A stretch of 64,000 nucleotides of DNA from sequence record PQ850605.1. One strand, 5' to 3'. The notes under the pieces are model-generated. The model was not told the DNA's origin and made no database searches. It saw nothing but the letters and a program-made list of their open reading frames with translations. Source of the stretch: Escherichia phage HansTraber_Bas100. Position 1 is the first letter of the stretch, and the number at the start of each line of letters is the position of its first letter. The position numbers were made by a program, and so were the translations under genes. Below, one piece after another: positions 48,243 through 58,021 of this stretch.

Positions 48243-48529
48243 ATATTGTAATTCTTTATGGTGAAAATATCAGCGATGACGACATCGAAGTTGCCGTTGA
48301 TGTTTACGGTATCGATGAGGTGAAACGTGTTGAAGAAATTAGTGGCGCAAATCTCAATGAGATTGTCAAAGAAGCTGGTTGCCCTTCGGAAGAGATTCTG
48401 GTGGTTACTAACGATGACCTGTCTTCTATGGATCATTTGCGCCGCATCTTCACCGATTGCCAATACCTTCATGCTGTTCAATCAGTAAACAAATTGAGAA
48501 AGGCATACGCCAACCAATTTCCTTGCTGA
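48239..48529 (+). CDS. hypothetical protein (96 aa)
   Basis: ORF with GGGGTGAGCGG upstream. Confidence 0.5.
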   Translation: MNIVILYGENISDDDIEVAVDVYGIDEVKRVEEISGANLNEIVKEAGCPSEEILVVTNDDLSSMDHLRRIFTDCQYLHAVQSVNKLRKAYANQFPC

Positions 48530-48665
48530 TAGTTCACCAGTTATATTGCTTTAAATTGAGTTTTACTATATTAATATACAACGCCAGATTTCTGGCGTTT
48601 ATTTACCGCACCCTGAAAGGATATATCCATGCAACAATATAACAAAGCCGTATCAGGAGGATTAA

Positions 48666-50336
48666 ATGTCAATTAATAACGACAATCTTCCAGAGGATAC
48701 AGGTGATGAATTTGGTGCAATCTTTGACGAAATTCAAGATGCAGGCGTTTCGGAAGAAATGCAGGCAGCAGAGCAGCAAGGCACCAGAGCTAAAATCAGC
48801 CTTCAACATAAAGCCGTTGAAAAAGATTCAGAGCGCATGGAATGCTACGGTGAAGAAGACTTGGTTGAAAGAGCACGCTTGCTCGCCTCACTTCAGGTAA
48901 TCAAGTTCCCTCACTACAAGCCGACCAAAGATGACTTCGTTCTACAGGCAGACCGGACGAGTGACATGAACCGTTATGCGGTTTTCGACGCGTTGTTTGA
49001 TAAGGGAAGTGGCGTTGTTCCATTCCCTCACAAAGATACCTTTCGTGGGCGCTTAGTCGACCATCGCGGCGAAACATTCACCGACCGTACTTTGGAAGTC
49101 ACAGAGATAGTTGCCGCTGTCGACGCAGCAGGATTGTCCAACCCAAACTCACGTCAGGTCGCTCAATCCTATAAGGAATGGGCCATGCGTTATCAGCGCG
49201 ACGACCTGATGGACTTCTTCTACAAGAAGCTGCCTGAATGGGACGGTACTGCGCGCATCGAGAAATACCTTATCGAGCTATTCCGACCGTTCGATACAGA
49301 GTTAAACCGACAAATCGGTGTGTATTTTTGGCTATCGCTCTACAACCGCCTGACCAACCCTGGCTGTCAAGCGCCAATCTCCATTGCGCTCATCGGCGGC
49401 CAGAACGCAGGGAAGAGTTATTTTAGCAAGCTGCTTTGCGAAGCTATTATGAACGACCGCCACGCAACACCGATTCCGTTGAACTTAGCCGCGCAGAACT
49501 TCAACCCGTTCTTGCGAGCTATTACGGGTCGCTCAATTATCGCGAACGTCGGCGAGATGACAGGCTTTAAAAAGGCCGACATCGAAAACATGAAAGCATT
49601 CCTGACTAAGACGGAAGATGACCTGGACTTCAAATTTGAAGATACGCAGGTTAAACCACGCCAGTGGATTGCTATCATGGACGGCAACGAATACGCAGGC
49701 ATGCAGCGTGATGACACGGGCAACCGTCGTGTGTATCCTATCTTTGTTGGCCAACTCGCTGACAAGGACGGGCAACCGAACTGGTCGAAAGACTTCCAAG
49801 CTGACCTTTCCACTTTGAAAGAAGATGTTTGGCAATTGATGGCTGAGTGCGCTGCTTGGATGGAGAAGCACGGCGAAGCAGGCTACAACGCGTTTGTTGG
49901 TGAAACATCTCGCATGCTTACTGAGTTCAGTAAAAACGAAATGGAACGTGCGCGCGGCGTTATCCGTGATGAGATGGTTGACAATGACCTTGTTGAAGTC
50001 GTCATCACCGCGCCTTATGACCGACATCACAGCGGACGCTGGCACATCACCAGTGGTGCTATTGCTATGGGATTCAGAGCGAAGTGTGGCAAGTCGCCTT
50101 TCTCTCGTACCCTTGCGCCGCACATGTCGAAGCTTGGTTTTGAGCCTGCAACCTATCGCAACCAGCGCGGTTACTTTACGCCGCTGATTAAGAATGAAGC
50201 AGGGGAATACATTTCTGACTTGATGACCATCTTAGCGTATCTTATCCGTGATGAGTCTGACCCTGAAGATATTGAATTCTTGAAGAAGGTTATCGAGCGT
50301 AAACGTTCTTTGGGAAGAGATAAGGATGAATTCTGA
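48666..50336 (+). CDS. SF3-type helicase / primase C-terminal domain protein
   Basis: Walker A IGGQNAGKSYF; 556 aa; follows primase-like gene. Confidence 0.6.
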   Translation: MSINNDNLPEDTGDEFGAIFDEIQDAGVSEEMQAAEQQGTRAKISLQHKAVEKDSERMECYGEEDLVERARLLASLQVIKFPHYKPTKDDFVLQADRTSDMNRYAVFDALFDKGSGVVPFPHKDTFRGRLVDHRGETFTDRTLEVTEIVAAVDAAGLSNPNSRQVAQSYKEWAMRYQRDDLMDFFYKKLPEWDGTARIEKYLIELFRPFDTELNRQIGVYFWLSLYNRLTNPGCQAPISIALIGGQNAGKSYFSKLLCEAIMNDRHATPIPLNLAAQNFNPFLRAITGRSIIANVGEMTGFKKADIENMKAFLTKTEDDLDFKFEDTQVKPRQWIAIMDGNEYAGMQRDDTGNRRVYPIFVGQLADKDGQPNWSKDFQADLSTLKEDVWQLMAECAAWMEKHGEAGYNAFVGETSRMLTEFSKNEMERARGVIRDEMVDNDLVEVVITAPYDRHHSGRWHITSGAIAMGFRAKCGKSPFSRTLAPHMSKLGFEPATYRNQRGYFTPLIKNEAGEYISDLMTILAYLIRDESDPEDIEFLKKVIERKRSLGRDKDEF

Positions 50337-50983
50337 TGAATAAAGCAATCAACATCGCTAAATTCTTTCAACATCTTGGTGAACTGAACAAAGAAAGTGA
50401 CGTTCACGGCGAAGAAATGAACCGGATGATCTCAACCGTGTTGCGTGGCTTTGGTTATGATAAGGACTCAATCACTTGCAAGCGTACAAAGCTTGTTGAT
50501 GAGTCTTATCTTTACTACGTAGAGCTGCGCATCGGGAAAGATGTGATGATCATTGACCCTAAACTGGAAGGGGCGCACTGTTTTGGCGCTCACCCTCGTG
50601 CGAGTGAATTCAAGGGTCGCGGTCGCAACCGAATCCAGAAGCTTGATGACGCAGGCGACTTGAACATTGCAATGTTCCTCAAAGAGTTCCTTGCTCTTCC
50701 AAAGGTTGCATCATCCACGGGTCGCGATGACCCTTGCAAGATTGGCTTCAGAACTAAAGATTTGCGCAATGCGCTACGCAAGAAGGGATTTGTGCCTTCT
50801 TATGACAACGTCGCCGCGCTGATGGCTTCAATGGAGGAAGCTGAAGCGATGGACAAGGTGCGCGGCTATTTCCTGAATACAGGCTTCACCATGTATGAAT
50901 GGCACACGAAGGGATTGACTGTCGCCGACTTCATCTATTCATTAGAGCAGAAGTATGTACGCAATATGCAGGCCACAGGATAA
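50336..50983 (+). CDS. hypothetical protein (215 aa)
   Basis: ATGA overlap with helicase stop. Confidence 0.55.
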   Translation: MNKAINIAKFFQHLGELNKESDVHGEEMNRMISTVLRGFGYDKDSITCKRTKLVDESYLYYVELRIGKDVMIIDPKLEGAHCFGAHPRASEFKGRGRNRIQKLDDAGDLNIAMFLKEFLALPKVASSTGRDDPCKIGFRTKDLRNALRKKGFVPSYDNVAALMASMEEAEAMDKVRGYFLNTGFTMYEWHTKGLTVADFIYSLEQKYVRNMQATG

Positions 50984-51022
50984 TTATCATCAAAATATTT
51001 GCTTTTCTGACGAGGTGATATT

Positions 51023-51247
51023 ATGATTAATTTAGACAGGATTGAGTTAGCACTTAGTACCTTAATCAAATATTACCAGTTTGCGTTTAAGGCTAGTTTG
51101 TTTGGCTTGTTCAATCCTCATCAAGCAGCAAAGGCGAGAAGCAATGCCAACCGCCTGCGCTGTACTGGTATAGTTATCCATGACCGGATATTGACAGAGG
51201 GTAGATTCAGCCATGAATACACAGGGGAGAATAACAAATCAACGTAG
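51023..51247 (+). CDS. hypothetical protein (74 aa)
   Basis: GAGGTG RBS. Confidence 0.4.
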   Translation: MINLDRIELALSTLIKYYQFAFKASLFGLFNPHQAAKARSNANRLRCTGIVIHDRILTEGRFSHEYTGENNKST

Positions 51248-51422
51248 GGCTTTACAAGTCCTCATCCACTACCTGTCACGCCTTTATCCAACGGCGCACG
51301 AGCAGAATCCAGCAACTGGTCATCTGTTTAAGCGCCGTAACCTTTCGCTAAAAACATTCACTTTAATCCAATATGACCGCTACCTGGACGGGCGCTACTG
51401 CGGCCCGAAGGATTCTCTATGA
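51213..51422 (+). CDS. hypothetical protein (69 aa), overlapping
   Basis: ORF overlapping upstream gene by 35 nt; weak support. Confidence 0.3.
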   Translation: MNTQGRITNQRRALQVLIHYLSRLYPTAHEQNPATGHLFKRRNLSLKTFTLIQYDRYLDGRYCGPKDSL

Positions 51423-51697
51423 TTAATACATACAAAGTATTCTTTGTCAAGTGCACATCATCTATTGATGACCAATTTACTGCTGGCAAGAATTATCCCG
51501 TGATTTCTGAGTCAAGGCTAGATATAATCTTGAATGATCATGAAATCTATGAGCCGATGCCAGCGACTGCGTTTGATGTTATCGGTCACGTTCGGATTAA
51601 GACTAATGTTGAGACGATGCATGACCCGTTGTTCAAGAAACAAATCAAGAATGCCATGCAAGACTTTTGCGCGGCCATGTTTAAATATTATAAGTGA
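51419..51697 (+). CDS. hypothetical protein (92 aa)
   Basis: ATGA overlap start. Confidence 0.45.
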   Translation: MINTYKVFFVKCTSSIDDQFTAGKNYPVISESRLDIILNDHEIYEPMPATAFDVIGHVRIKTNVETMHDPLFKKQIKNAMQDFCAAMFKYYK

Positions 51698-51704
51698 GTT
51701 GAAG

Positions 51705-51926
51705 ATGAGCAAGAAAACCCTTAAGGCTGGCGACCGTATCCGTTGGGTGTCAGGACAGCACATGCGTGCGGGCACCATCCTTGAGCTGGATGAATACCTT
51801 ACCGATTCTCGCGGTCGCAATCATTACCGTGTAAGAATCGATACAGTAAAAGAAGATGACAAGTCAATGGTTGGTGAAGTGGTCATCGTTACTCCACGTC
51901 AAATTAAGGCGGCTTGTGAAGCATGA
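51705..51926 (+). CDS. hypothetical protein (73 aa)
   Basis: internal ATG of track ORF 51534-51926. Confidence 0.45.
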   Translation: MSKKTLKAGDRIRWVSGQHMRAGTILELDEYLTDSRGRNHYRVRIDTVKEDDKSMVGEVVIVTPRQIKAACEA

Positions 51927-52080
51927 ATAAATATCAATTTAGCGATAATAAAATCAGTAAGGCAGATGCAATCAAGCAGCTTCGCCGCGTACTTGAAGCC
52001 AGCGGCCATACGAAAGAGCGCGCACGCGTCCTGGCCAAAGAACATTATAAACGTTTTGTGTCACAAATCAGAGGTTAATT

Positions 52081-52575
52081 ATGATCATCCATCGCCCTTT
52101 AATGTTAAACAAAGAAGAAGCTAAAGAAATTTTACACGCATTGAGACGTGCAGAAGCAGATGTTAACCTTCGTGTAAGGGTGAGAGACTTTATCATGAAG
52201 GAGTTTGAAAGTGATGACGTTGACTATGCCATTGATGAATTACTGAAGCGCAACGTCAAAGGCGCAACAAGACCCATTTGCCATCAATCACGTTGCGTAC
52301 AAGTTCCTATCAAGACTTATGTTGATAAAAAGCCGCGCCTTAAGCCTGTTCCGGCTGATAAAATAGAAGTCGGTGATGTTATCGTCTGCGTCTATTACGG
52401 CAGTCAGATTTTCAATGCTGTTGTAGTAAGGCGATACAGCATAAACGGTTGCCAATACATGGAAGTGACAAACGCAAAGAAAGAACCTGGCAGCTTGAAC
52501 GTGGCTTACGCATTAAGGGAATTCAGCAGTCCTTCTTGCACTCTTTATAAGGTACTCGACCATGGCTCATGTTAA
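52081..52575 (+). CDS. hypothetical protein (164 aa)
   Basis: GAGG RBS. Confidence 0.5.
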   Translation: MIIHRPLMLNKEEAKEILHALRRAEADVNLRVRVRDFIMKEFESDDVDYAIDELLKRNVKGATRPICHQSRCVQVPIKTYVDKKPRLKPVPADKIEVGDVIVCVYYGSQIFNAVVVRRYSINGCQYMEVTNAKKEPGSLNVAYALREFSSPSCTLYKVLDHGSC

Positions 52576-52909
52576 AGACGAAGTGTTGTTTGGCGCAGAG
52601 ATTAAGAAACGTGTCAGAGAAATGGCAGGAGAAGAAAGAGTGAAGCCGCTGCGAAAAGGTTTTGATCACATCAATGGTGTATCCGGCACGAAGGAGATGG
52701 GCGTGTTGGTAAAAGACATTCGCATTGGCGATGTCATGGTCATCGACCGACAAGCGCGCGTCGTTATCCAGGTACAGACGAACGATGATGAAGGTTGTGT
52801 CCTATTGAAGCTGAAGAAGCTTTCATCAAGCCCAGCGAAGGCCGTTATCAAGAAGGTGTGGCCCGAAGGGTTACGCAAACTCATCCGTCGACCCGTGGAG
52901 AATGTATAA
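52562..52909 (+). CDS. hypothetical protein (115 aa)
   Basis: overlapping start; operon context. Confidence 0.5.
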   Translation: MAHVKDEVLFGAEIKKRVREMAGEERVKPLRKGFDHINGVSGTKEMGVLVKDIRIGDVMVIDRQARVVIQVQTNDDEGCVLLKLKKLSSSPAKAVIKKVWPEGLRKLIRRPVENV

Positions 52910-53145
52910 TGGAAGATTATATCAACGCTATGTATATGGCATTCTATGTCGTGCAACTTCCGAATGGCGCGGTATTCTATGGCGAGTATACCTTTGACGT
53001 TCAATATGACGTTTCAGAGCGTACAGTGTTAACAAGGGAGTTGATTGCTGACCTTAAGGACGACATCAAACGCGTCGCGCGGCAGCAGTTCAATTTGGAT
53101 GACACAGTCATCGTTCGAATTACCGGAATAACAGAGGTGCAGTGA
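52909..53145 (+). CDS. hypothetical protein (78 aa)
   Basis: ATG 52909 with GGAG RBS preferred over track 52795. Confidence 0.5.
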   Translation: MEDYINAMYMAFYVVQLPNGAVFYGEYTFDVQYDVSERTVLTRELIADLKDDIKRVARQQFNLDDTVIVRITGITEVQ

Positions 53146-53474
53146 TGACCCGTGATCAGATACTCGCCGCGCACAGACGCGGATCAGTAAAAGACATCTG
53201 GAAAAGACACAACGCCTTTGCCGAAGCCTATTACTTCTTAAAGAAGTGCATAAAAGAGAATGTGAGGATGGGCGATACCGTTTTGACATTCAACCTTTTG
53301 TCTTATGGCAATAAGCTTAATGCAATATATGCTTGTCGCCTTGCAAGCATGAGGTTTGATGCAGGCAGCGACGGAGAGTTGACCATCTATCGATTCTCTC
53401 ACCGGACGGGTGATACAAAGATAACAAGGACAAGGCACGAGATAGAGATTGACCTACTCCACTATGTAAAATGA
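53145..53474 (+). CDS. hypothetical protein (109 aa)
   Basis: ATG overlapping upstream stop. Confidence 0.5.
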   Translation: MTRDQILAAHRRGSVKDIWKRHNAFAEAYYFLKKCIKENVRMGDTVLTFNLLSYGNKLNAIYACRLASMRFDAGSDGELTIYRFSHRTGDTKITRTRHEIEIDLLHYVK

Positions 53475-53492
53475 ATATCAAAAAGGTGATTT

Positions 53493-53687
53493 ATGAGTGT
53501 TAAACTAGACATACAGAAAACTCTTGATAAGGCCGCTGCAATAAAGAACTTCATGGATTGTTATGCCAGTTGCACGCTTTATGGAAGCGTTCCAAACGGC
53601 GACGTAAGACCGGAAAGCATGCTTGAGTGGCTTGTTGAACATCGTTACATCATCGACATAGTTGATGAATACATAAAGCAGAAATGA
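53493..53687 (+). CDS. hypothetical protein (64 aa)
   Basis: AAGGTGA RBS. Confidence 0.45.
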   Translation: MSVKLDIQKTLDKAAAIKNFMDCYASCTLYGSVPNGDVRPESMLEWLVEHRYIIDIVDEYIKQK

Positions 53688-53771
53688 ATATCAAAAGGTG
53701 AGCTAAATGCTTGCCTTTTCTTTTATCAATACTTATACTCTTTTCATCAAGACGAACAAGTGAGGTGAATT

Positions 53772-54089
53772 ATGATTTACTTAGGAATGGACGAAGACGC
53801 GCACAAAGACCTTTCAAGGGTGCCAAACGTTAAGTTAGACACAGCTGTACACATCAAGCCTTGGCCAATCGCCCACCCCGACGTAGTTGTACCAGTTGCG
53901 CCTGGCACGCGTTACGTGGCCATTGATGACGACGGAGTAATTCACTGTTATTCGGAAAAACCAAAGTATATAAAGCAATATCACGGTTGGTTTTTGGACG
54001 AGCACGCAATGGCGCGTTACTGCGGCGAAGTCGGTCTGGAAGGCTGGAGCTTCGAGGCTAGTGAATCGTGTGTCGAGGTGCAATTATGA
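53772..54089 (+). CDS. hypothetical protein (105 aa)
   Basis: AGGTGA RBS. Confidence 0.5.
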   Translation: MIYLGMDEDAHKDLSRVPNVKLDTAVHIKPWPIAHPDVVVPVAPGTRYVAIDDDGVIHCYSEKPKYIKQYHGWFLDEHAMARYCGEVGLEGWSFEASESCVEVQL

Positions 54090-54304
54090 ATGCCGCGCTG
54101 GGTAAGCTGTCTTTCAACAAGCGCAACGAGTTGCGTATGGTGTCGCGCTTTCAACAAACGCATTTATCACTAATCAAGATTGCAAACAAGGCCTACTCTC
54201 TAAATTGTCCTGAAGAAGAATGGAAAGAATTGAATGAGCGTCGTAAACAATTACAAAAGGCTGCATTTAAGCTGCAGCAATATGCTATGGAGTATGCAAA
54301 ATGA
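54086..54304 (+). CDS. hypothetical protein (72 aa)
   Basis: ATG 54086 with GAGGTG RBS. Confidence 0.45.
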   Translation: MNAALGKLSFNKRNELRMVSRFQQTHLSLIKIANKAYSLNCPEEEWKELNERRKQLQKAAFKLQQYAMEYAK

Positions 54305-54684
54305 GAATGAAGCGTTGCCCTTATTGCCACGATGTGATGCACCTTCCACACGAAGAGTTCGTGCAGCACATGATTAACTGTGATAAGAATCCTAAGAGCG
54401 AAAGCGAACTTGAACAGAGGATGTTACTTATTGCATTCAAGACGTCATCTTATCACCGCCAATTAAGTTATGGAGAGCGATGCGACTCTGGGTCGACAAC
54501 AACATTGATAACAGACATTGACTCAATTCAAATTTCTGTCTGGCTAAATGTAAAAGAGGGAATTACACCGCACATAATATCGCGCATACAATCTCAGATT
54601 CTACAAATTAAGCGCGAACATAACAAGCGTATTGCAGAAGTAAAAGTTTTATCCATAACGCCGATGAATAAGGAGTTGCCGTGA
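54301..54684 (+). CDS. hypothetical Cys/His-containing protein (127 aa)
   Basis: CPYCHDVMHLPHEEFVQHMINC N-terminal cluster. Confidence 0.5.
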   Translation: MRMKRCPYCHDVMHLPHEEFVQHMINCDKNPKSESELEQRMLLIAFKTSSYHRQLSYGERCDSGSTTTLITDIDSIQISVWLNVKEGITPHIISRIQSQILQIKREHNKRIAEVKVLSITPMNKELP

Positions 54685-54941
54685 ACAAGGGTCCGATGAA
54701 TAAGTTGGCCGTTGCCGCGCGGAAGCTTCGACAAGCCGTTAATGGGTCGCGGCCCGTGGCGTTAACACTCGACGATGCAAAGGCATTGGTAGAGCTACTC
54801 GACGAGCACAACAGACGCAAGAATCTGGAGAACACATTACGATGGCGCGTTACTCCAGCCGGGCGGGAGAGCGAGAAGAAAGCTTACTTGCGACGCAAAC
54901 TAAGGTCGGTCGGCCTCCACGAAGAGGCGAAGAATATTTAA
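54681..54941 (+). CDS. hypothetical protein (86 aa)
   Basis: GTG start with AAGGAG RBS. Confidence 0.45.
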   Translation: MNKGPMNKLAVAARKLRQAVNGSRPVALTLDDAKALVELLDEHNRRKNLENTLRWRVTPAGRESEKKAYLRRKLRSVGLHEEAKNI

Positions 54942-55019
54942 TTCAAAAAGGTGAGCTAAGTGCTTGCCTTTTTATTTGCCTGTATTATACTTAGTTCATC
55001 AAGCAAAGGAGAGGTGATT

Positions 55020-55325
55020 ATGAGTTGCGACGAAAGGTTTGGCAGAAGCGGATTGTTTCATGATGCTGTATACAAAGACAGCCAAGATGTTGTCTGCGTA
55101 GCGTTGAATGAATCTTATAACGGTGTGTTCAAGCCGTTCAAAATCGGTGAGACATACGAGCTGTTTCACGGATGGTTGACGCGTCGCAACAACCTTCCTG
55201 ATATGGAAGTCTGGTGGATAGAATACAAGGGTCAGGCTCATCGGTGCAAGGTTGTAGAGATGCACGGCGTCAAATACTATCAATCGATTATCAGCGGCTT
55301 TGTTTTTAAAGAGGGTGAGCTATGA
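55020..55325 (+). CDS. hypothetical protein (101 aa)
   Basis: ATG 55020 with GGAGAGGTG RBS; track N-terminal extension rejected. Confidence 0.5.
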   Translation: MSCDERFGRSGLFHDAVYKDSQDVVCVALNESYNGVFKPFKIGETYELFHGWLTRRNNLPDMEVWWIEYKGQAHRCKVVEMHGVKYYQSIISGFVFKEGEL

Positions 55326-55627
55326 GTACCGAAGCGATGAAGAAAAAGATTTTGAACGCTTTGCAAGAAGCCGTGAATTGTGGTGCCATTAAAGAGTTCA
55401 ATGAAGCGGAAGTTAGCGGAGAGAATGCAATAGGATTCAGCAATAATCAAGGTGGAATTGCCGCGATACTTTTATTAAATAACAGCGATGACAAGTTTAT
55501 CCTTTACGTCGGCGGGTATGAGCTTGTTGTCGATGATTTATTCATCACCTGTGCCGACGGCCTTAATCCTATGTTAACATTTGAGCGCTGTGGCATCCGT
55601 GTTGCAACATTTGGAGGGAAGTTATGA
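55322..55627 (+). CDS. hypothetical protein (101 aa)
   Basis: ATGA overlap. Confidence 0.5.
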   Translation: MSTEAMKKKILNALQEAVNCGAIKEFNEAEVSGENAIGFSNNQGGIAAILLLNNSDDKFILYVGGYELVVDDLFITCADGLNPMLTFERCGIRVATFGGKL

Positions 55628-55836
55628 GACTAAGCCTAGCACAAATTCAAACGTTGTACCGAATGGAAGATGGAACGCCATACATGCTGCGCGGCGACCG
55701 AAAGAAGGCTTATGAAAGCGGCCTTCGTTATTCCATGACGTCAACGCGCCATCCATCCCTGTCTTATTCCGGTTGGGCCTTGTTGATTGGGCGATGCCAG
55801 GAGAGAAAGACACAACGCGATATTCATCCGTGGTGA
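55624..55836 (+). CDS. hypothetical protein (70 aa)
   Basis: ATGA overlap. Confidence 0.4.
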   Translation: MRLSLAQIQTLYRMEDGTPYMLRGDRKKAYESGLRYSMTSTRHPSLSYSGWALLIGRCQERKTQRDIHPW

Positions 55837-55898
55837 TGACAAAAGCAGGTCGCGCAGCATTAAAAGAGATTAAAGAGAATATGACCGGAGGTAAATAT

Positions 55899-56060
55899 TA
55901 TGACATCAAATCTTAAAGCCCGTTTATTATTCATCAAGCCGCATGTGCCGTATAAGATTAGTAAGCGCACCTGGCTTAACATCTACAACCGCAGCGGCGA
56001 CCGTTGCTTGTACAAGGCCAAGCGGCGCAAGAAAACCTATTCACACAATACGCAATCTAA
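55899..56060 (+). CDS. small basic protein (about 53 aa), not in ORF track
   Basis: GGAGG RBS 8 nt before ATG; hand translation, end coordinate approximate. Confidence 0.3.
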
Positions 56061-56079
56061 TTGAATCAGGAGTAAAGAA

Positions 56080-56589
56080 ATGAAAATTGAACAACTTGAA
56101 GCAGTTCTGGAAATGGCTGTAAAGGCCGGAGCAATCAAAAGCTACAGCCGCGAGAAGTCTGATGATGCTGCGCACTTTTGTCGCAACTTCTATATCGTCG
56201 GCAACCTTAATGACCACTACACCATCGAGTGGTATACAAATGTCATGACTCTTAAGTCGCGCACCATGGAGCTTTGGTGCGATGACGTTTGCCTTTCTCA
56301 TAGTCACCCGTGCTACGACGTTGCAATTGGATTCTTTCACGAAAGCAAACGTCCAATTGCCCACATCGGCGAGAAGCATGAGCATTTGAAGGATAAACAA
56401 AAGACTGCTGACGGTTGGATTGATTGGGATGGTGGAGACTTGAATCCAGTCCCAGGTAAGAAGGTGCTTTACATGCTGCGCGACGGTGCTACAGCGACAA
56501 AGCCGATTGCATCAAATGAATTGCGCTGGGAGAAGATTGAGCGCCACCGCGACGGCGATGTCATTAAATACAAAGTCGTGGAGGAATAA
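56080..56589 (+). CDS. hypothetical protein with conserved C-terminal W-x-W-GGD-NPVPG module
   Basis: AGGAG RBS; C-terminal 60 aa aligns with that of 57596-58021. Confidence 0.55.
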   Translation: MKIEQLEAVLEMAVKAGAIKSYSREKSDDAAHFCRNFYIVGNLNDHYTIEWYTNVMTLKSRTMELWCDDVCLSHSHPCYDVAIGFFHESKRPIAHIGEKHEHLKDKQKTADGWIDWDGGDLNPVPGKKVLYMLRDGATATKPIASNELRWEKIERHRDGDVIKYKVVEE

Positions 56590-56930
56590 TGGAAGAGCAA
56601 GAAGGCCGTGAGCTAACGTTCGACGAGCAAATGCAAGAGCTTCAGCGCACATCGCCGCTGCGCGGTAAGGTTGTTGACATCGAGGCGAGCGAATCCAATC
56701 TCACCCAGTGGCGGCTCAAGTGCACCAGCACAAGCAAAGAGCTGTCGAGCTTCAAGGTCGGTCAGACCTATTTGCTTTATGAGGCAAAAGGACTTATTAT
56801 TGATGGAAGGCAAATTGTCTTCACGGTAGTCAGCGGAATGCGCTGGTTCGTGAAGCGTGATGTCGAGGGCCGTGACATGTTTGTCGCAGGCTTTCCAGAA
56901 ACAAGATTCCAATTGGAGAAGGTTAAATGA
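56589..56930 (+). CDS. hypothetical protein (113 aa)
   Basis: TAATG overlap. Confidence 0.5.
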   Translation: MEEQEGRELTFDEQMQELQRTSPLRGKVVDIEASESNLTQWRLKCTSTSKELSSFKVGQTYLLYEAKGLIIDGRQIVFTVVSGMRWFVKRDVEGRDMFVAGFPETRFQLEKVK

Positions 56931-57592
56931 CTAATAAAACGCAGCGCATTAATTTCGAAGGCAAAGAATATGAAATCGATGCTCGTGCAAAGTTTATCGC
57001 GCGCGATTCTAACGGAACCATCTGGGCGTATGAGGGAAAGCCTGCATGGAACGATTGGCGCGGCCAGTGGGGATGTGCAATTGGCGATTCACTTTGGTGT
57101 AAGCAAATTGGTGATGGAAAGATGTTCGAAGAGAATAGACCATCATCACGTGATTCATTGAAGGAAGTTGAATCAATCAAAATCCAAGACCAAGCGCCAT
57201 CGACCGATAATCAATACGCAGTCGGACAACGTGACATCGAGCAACTCGACGAGGGCGGCTATTATACGCGCCACATCTATGCCATGACTCAAGAAGGACT
57301 TTACAGCAAGTCGGACATCGCCGCTGAACTGGCCCATCGTGACTTGCAAATTGACCTTATGAGAAATTCAGGTGAAGAATATACTGTTGTCAAAATGGTC
57401 AATGCTCCTGGTAGCGTTTATGCATTCCCGACCAGCGATAACAGCGACGGCATAATCTATGAGATTGTTGACGGTCAACCTTGTCGCACCACTTGGATGC
57501 GTTTCGAACTCCTTCGCGCAATCGAATATAAACGCGCAAAAGTAATTGGAAAGGCCAACGTAAAATTAACTATTCAATACAAACAGGATTAA
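56927..57592 (+). CDS. hypothetical protein (221 aa)
   Basis: ATGA overlap. Confidence 0.55.
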   Translation: MTNKTQRINFEGKEYEIDARAKFIARDSNGTIWAYEGKPAWNDWRGQWGCAIGDSLWCKQIGDGKMFEENRPSSRDSLKEVESIKIQDQAPSTDNQYAVGQRDIEQLDEGGYYTRHIYAMTQEGLYSKSDIAAELAHRDLQIDLMRNSGEEYTVVKMVNAPGSVYAFPTSDNSDGIIYEIVDGQPCRTTWMRFELLRAIEYKRAKVIGKANVKLTIQYKQD

Positions 57593-57595
57593 ATC

Positions 57596-58021
57596 ATGAT
57601 ACAACGTTACGACCTGACATATGATGTGGTATCAGAAGATTGCGCCATCACTCCCGTTCCAGAGAGTCATGAAGGACGTTTTGTTGCATATGAGGACTAT
57701 GAATCATTGCTCAAACTTAATGAGTCGCTAACAAAAGAGATCGAGCAATACCGCGAGCGCATCAAAGCCGCTGAAGATGTTATCAAGCTTTTTAGCGAGG
57801 CTGTTGATAAATACAAGGAGTGCAACGTACCGATTAAGGAGGAAGCGTGGACCGTGTGGCTTGGCGGCGATAATCCGGTGCCTGGCGAGATTGTTGAATA
57901 CAAGCTGCGCAATGGAGGTGATAAAGTACTGTCGAGACTTTCTGACTATCTTCACTGGGGTCATATAGGAGCACTCAAAGGCAGCGACATCATTGCTTAT
58001 CGGGTTGTTAAGGAGGGGTGA
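57596..58021 (+). CDS. hypothetical protein with the same C-terminal module as 56080-56589
   Basis: WTVWLGGDNPVPGEIVEYKLRNG ... YRVVKEG aligns with WIDWDGGDLNPVPGKKVLYMLRDG ... YKVVEE. Confidence 0.55.
   Translation: MIQRYDLTYDVVSEDCAITPVPESHEGRFVAYEDYESLLKLNESLTKEIEQYRERIKAAEDVIKLFSEAVDKYKECNVPIKEEAWTVWLGGDNPVPGEIVEYKLRNGGDKVLSRLSDYLHWGHIGALKGSDIIAYRVVKEG

Noticed and set aside
51922-52077. Small ORF between 51705-51926 and 52081-52575
   Set aside because: On careful re-reading the ATG frame hits a stop after about 24 codons and the longer apparent frame has no start codon; not reported as a gene.
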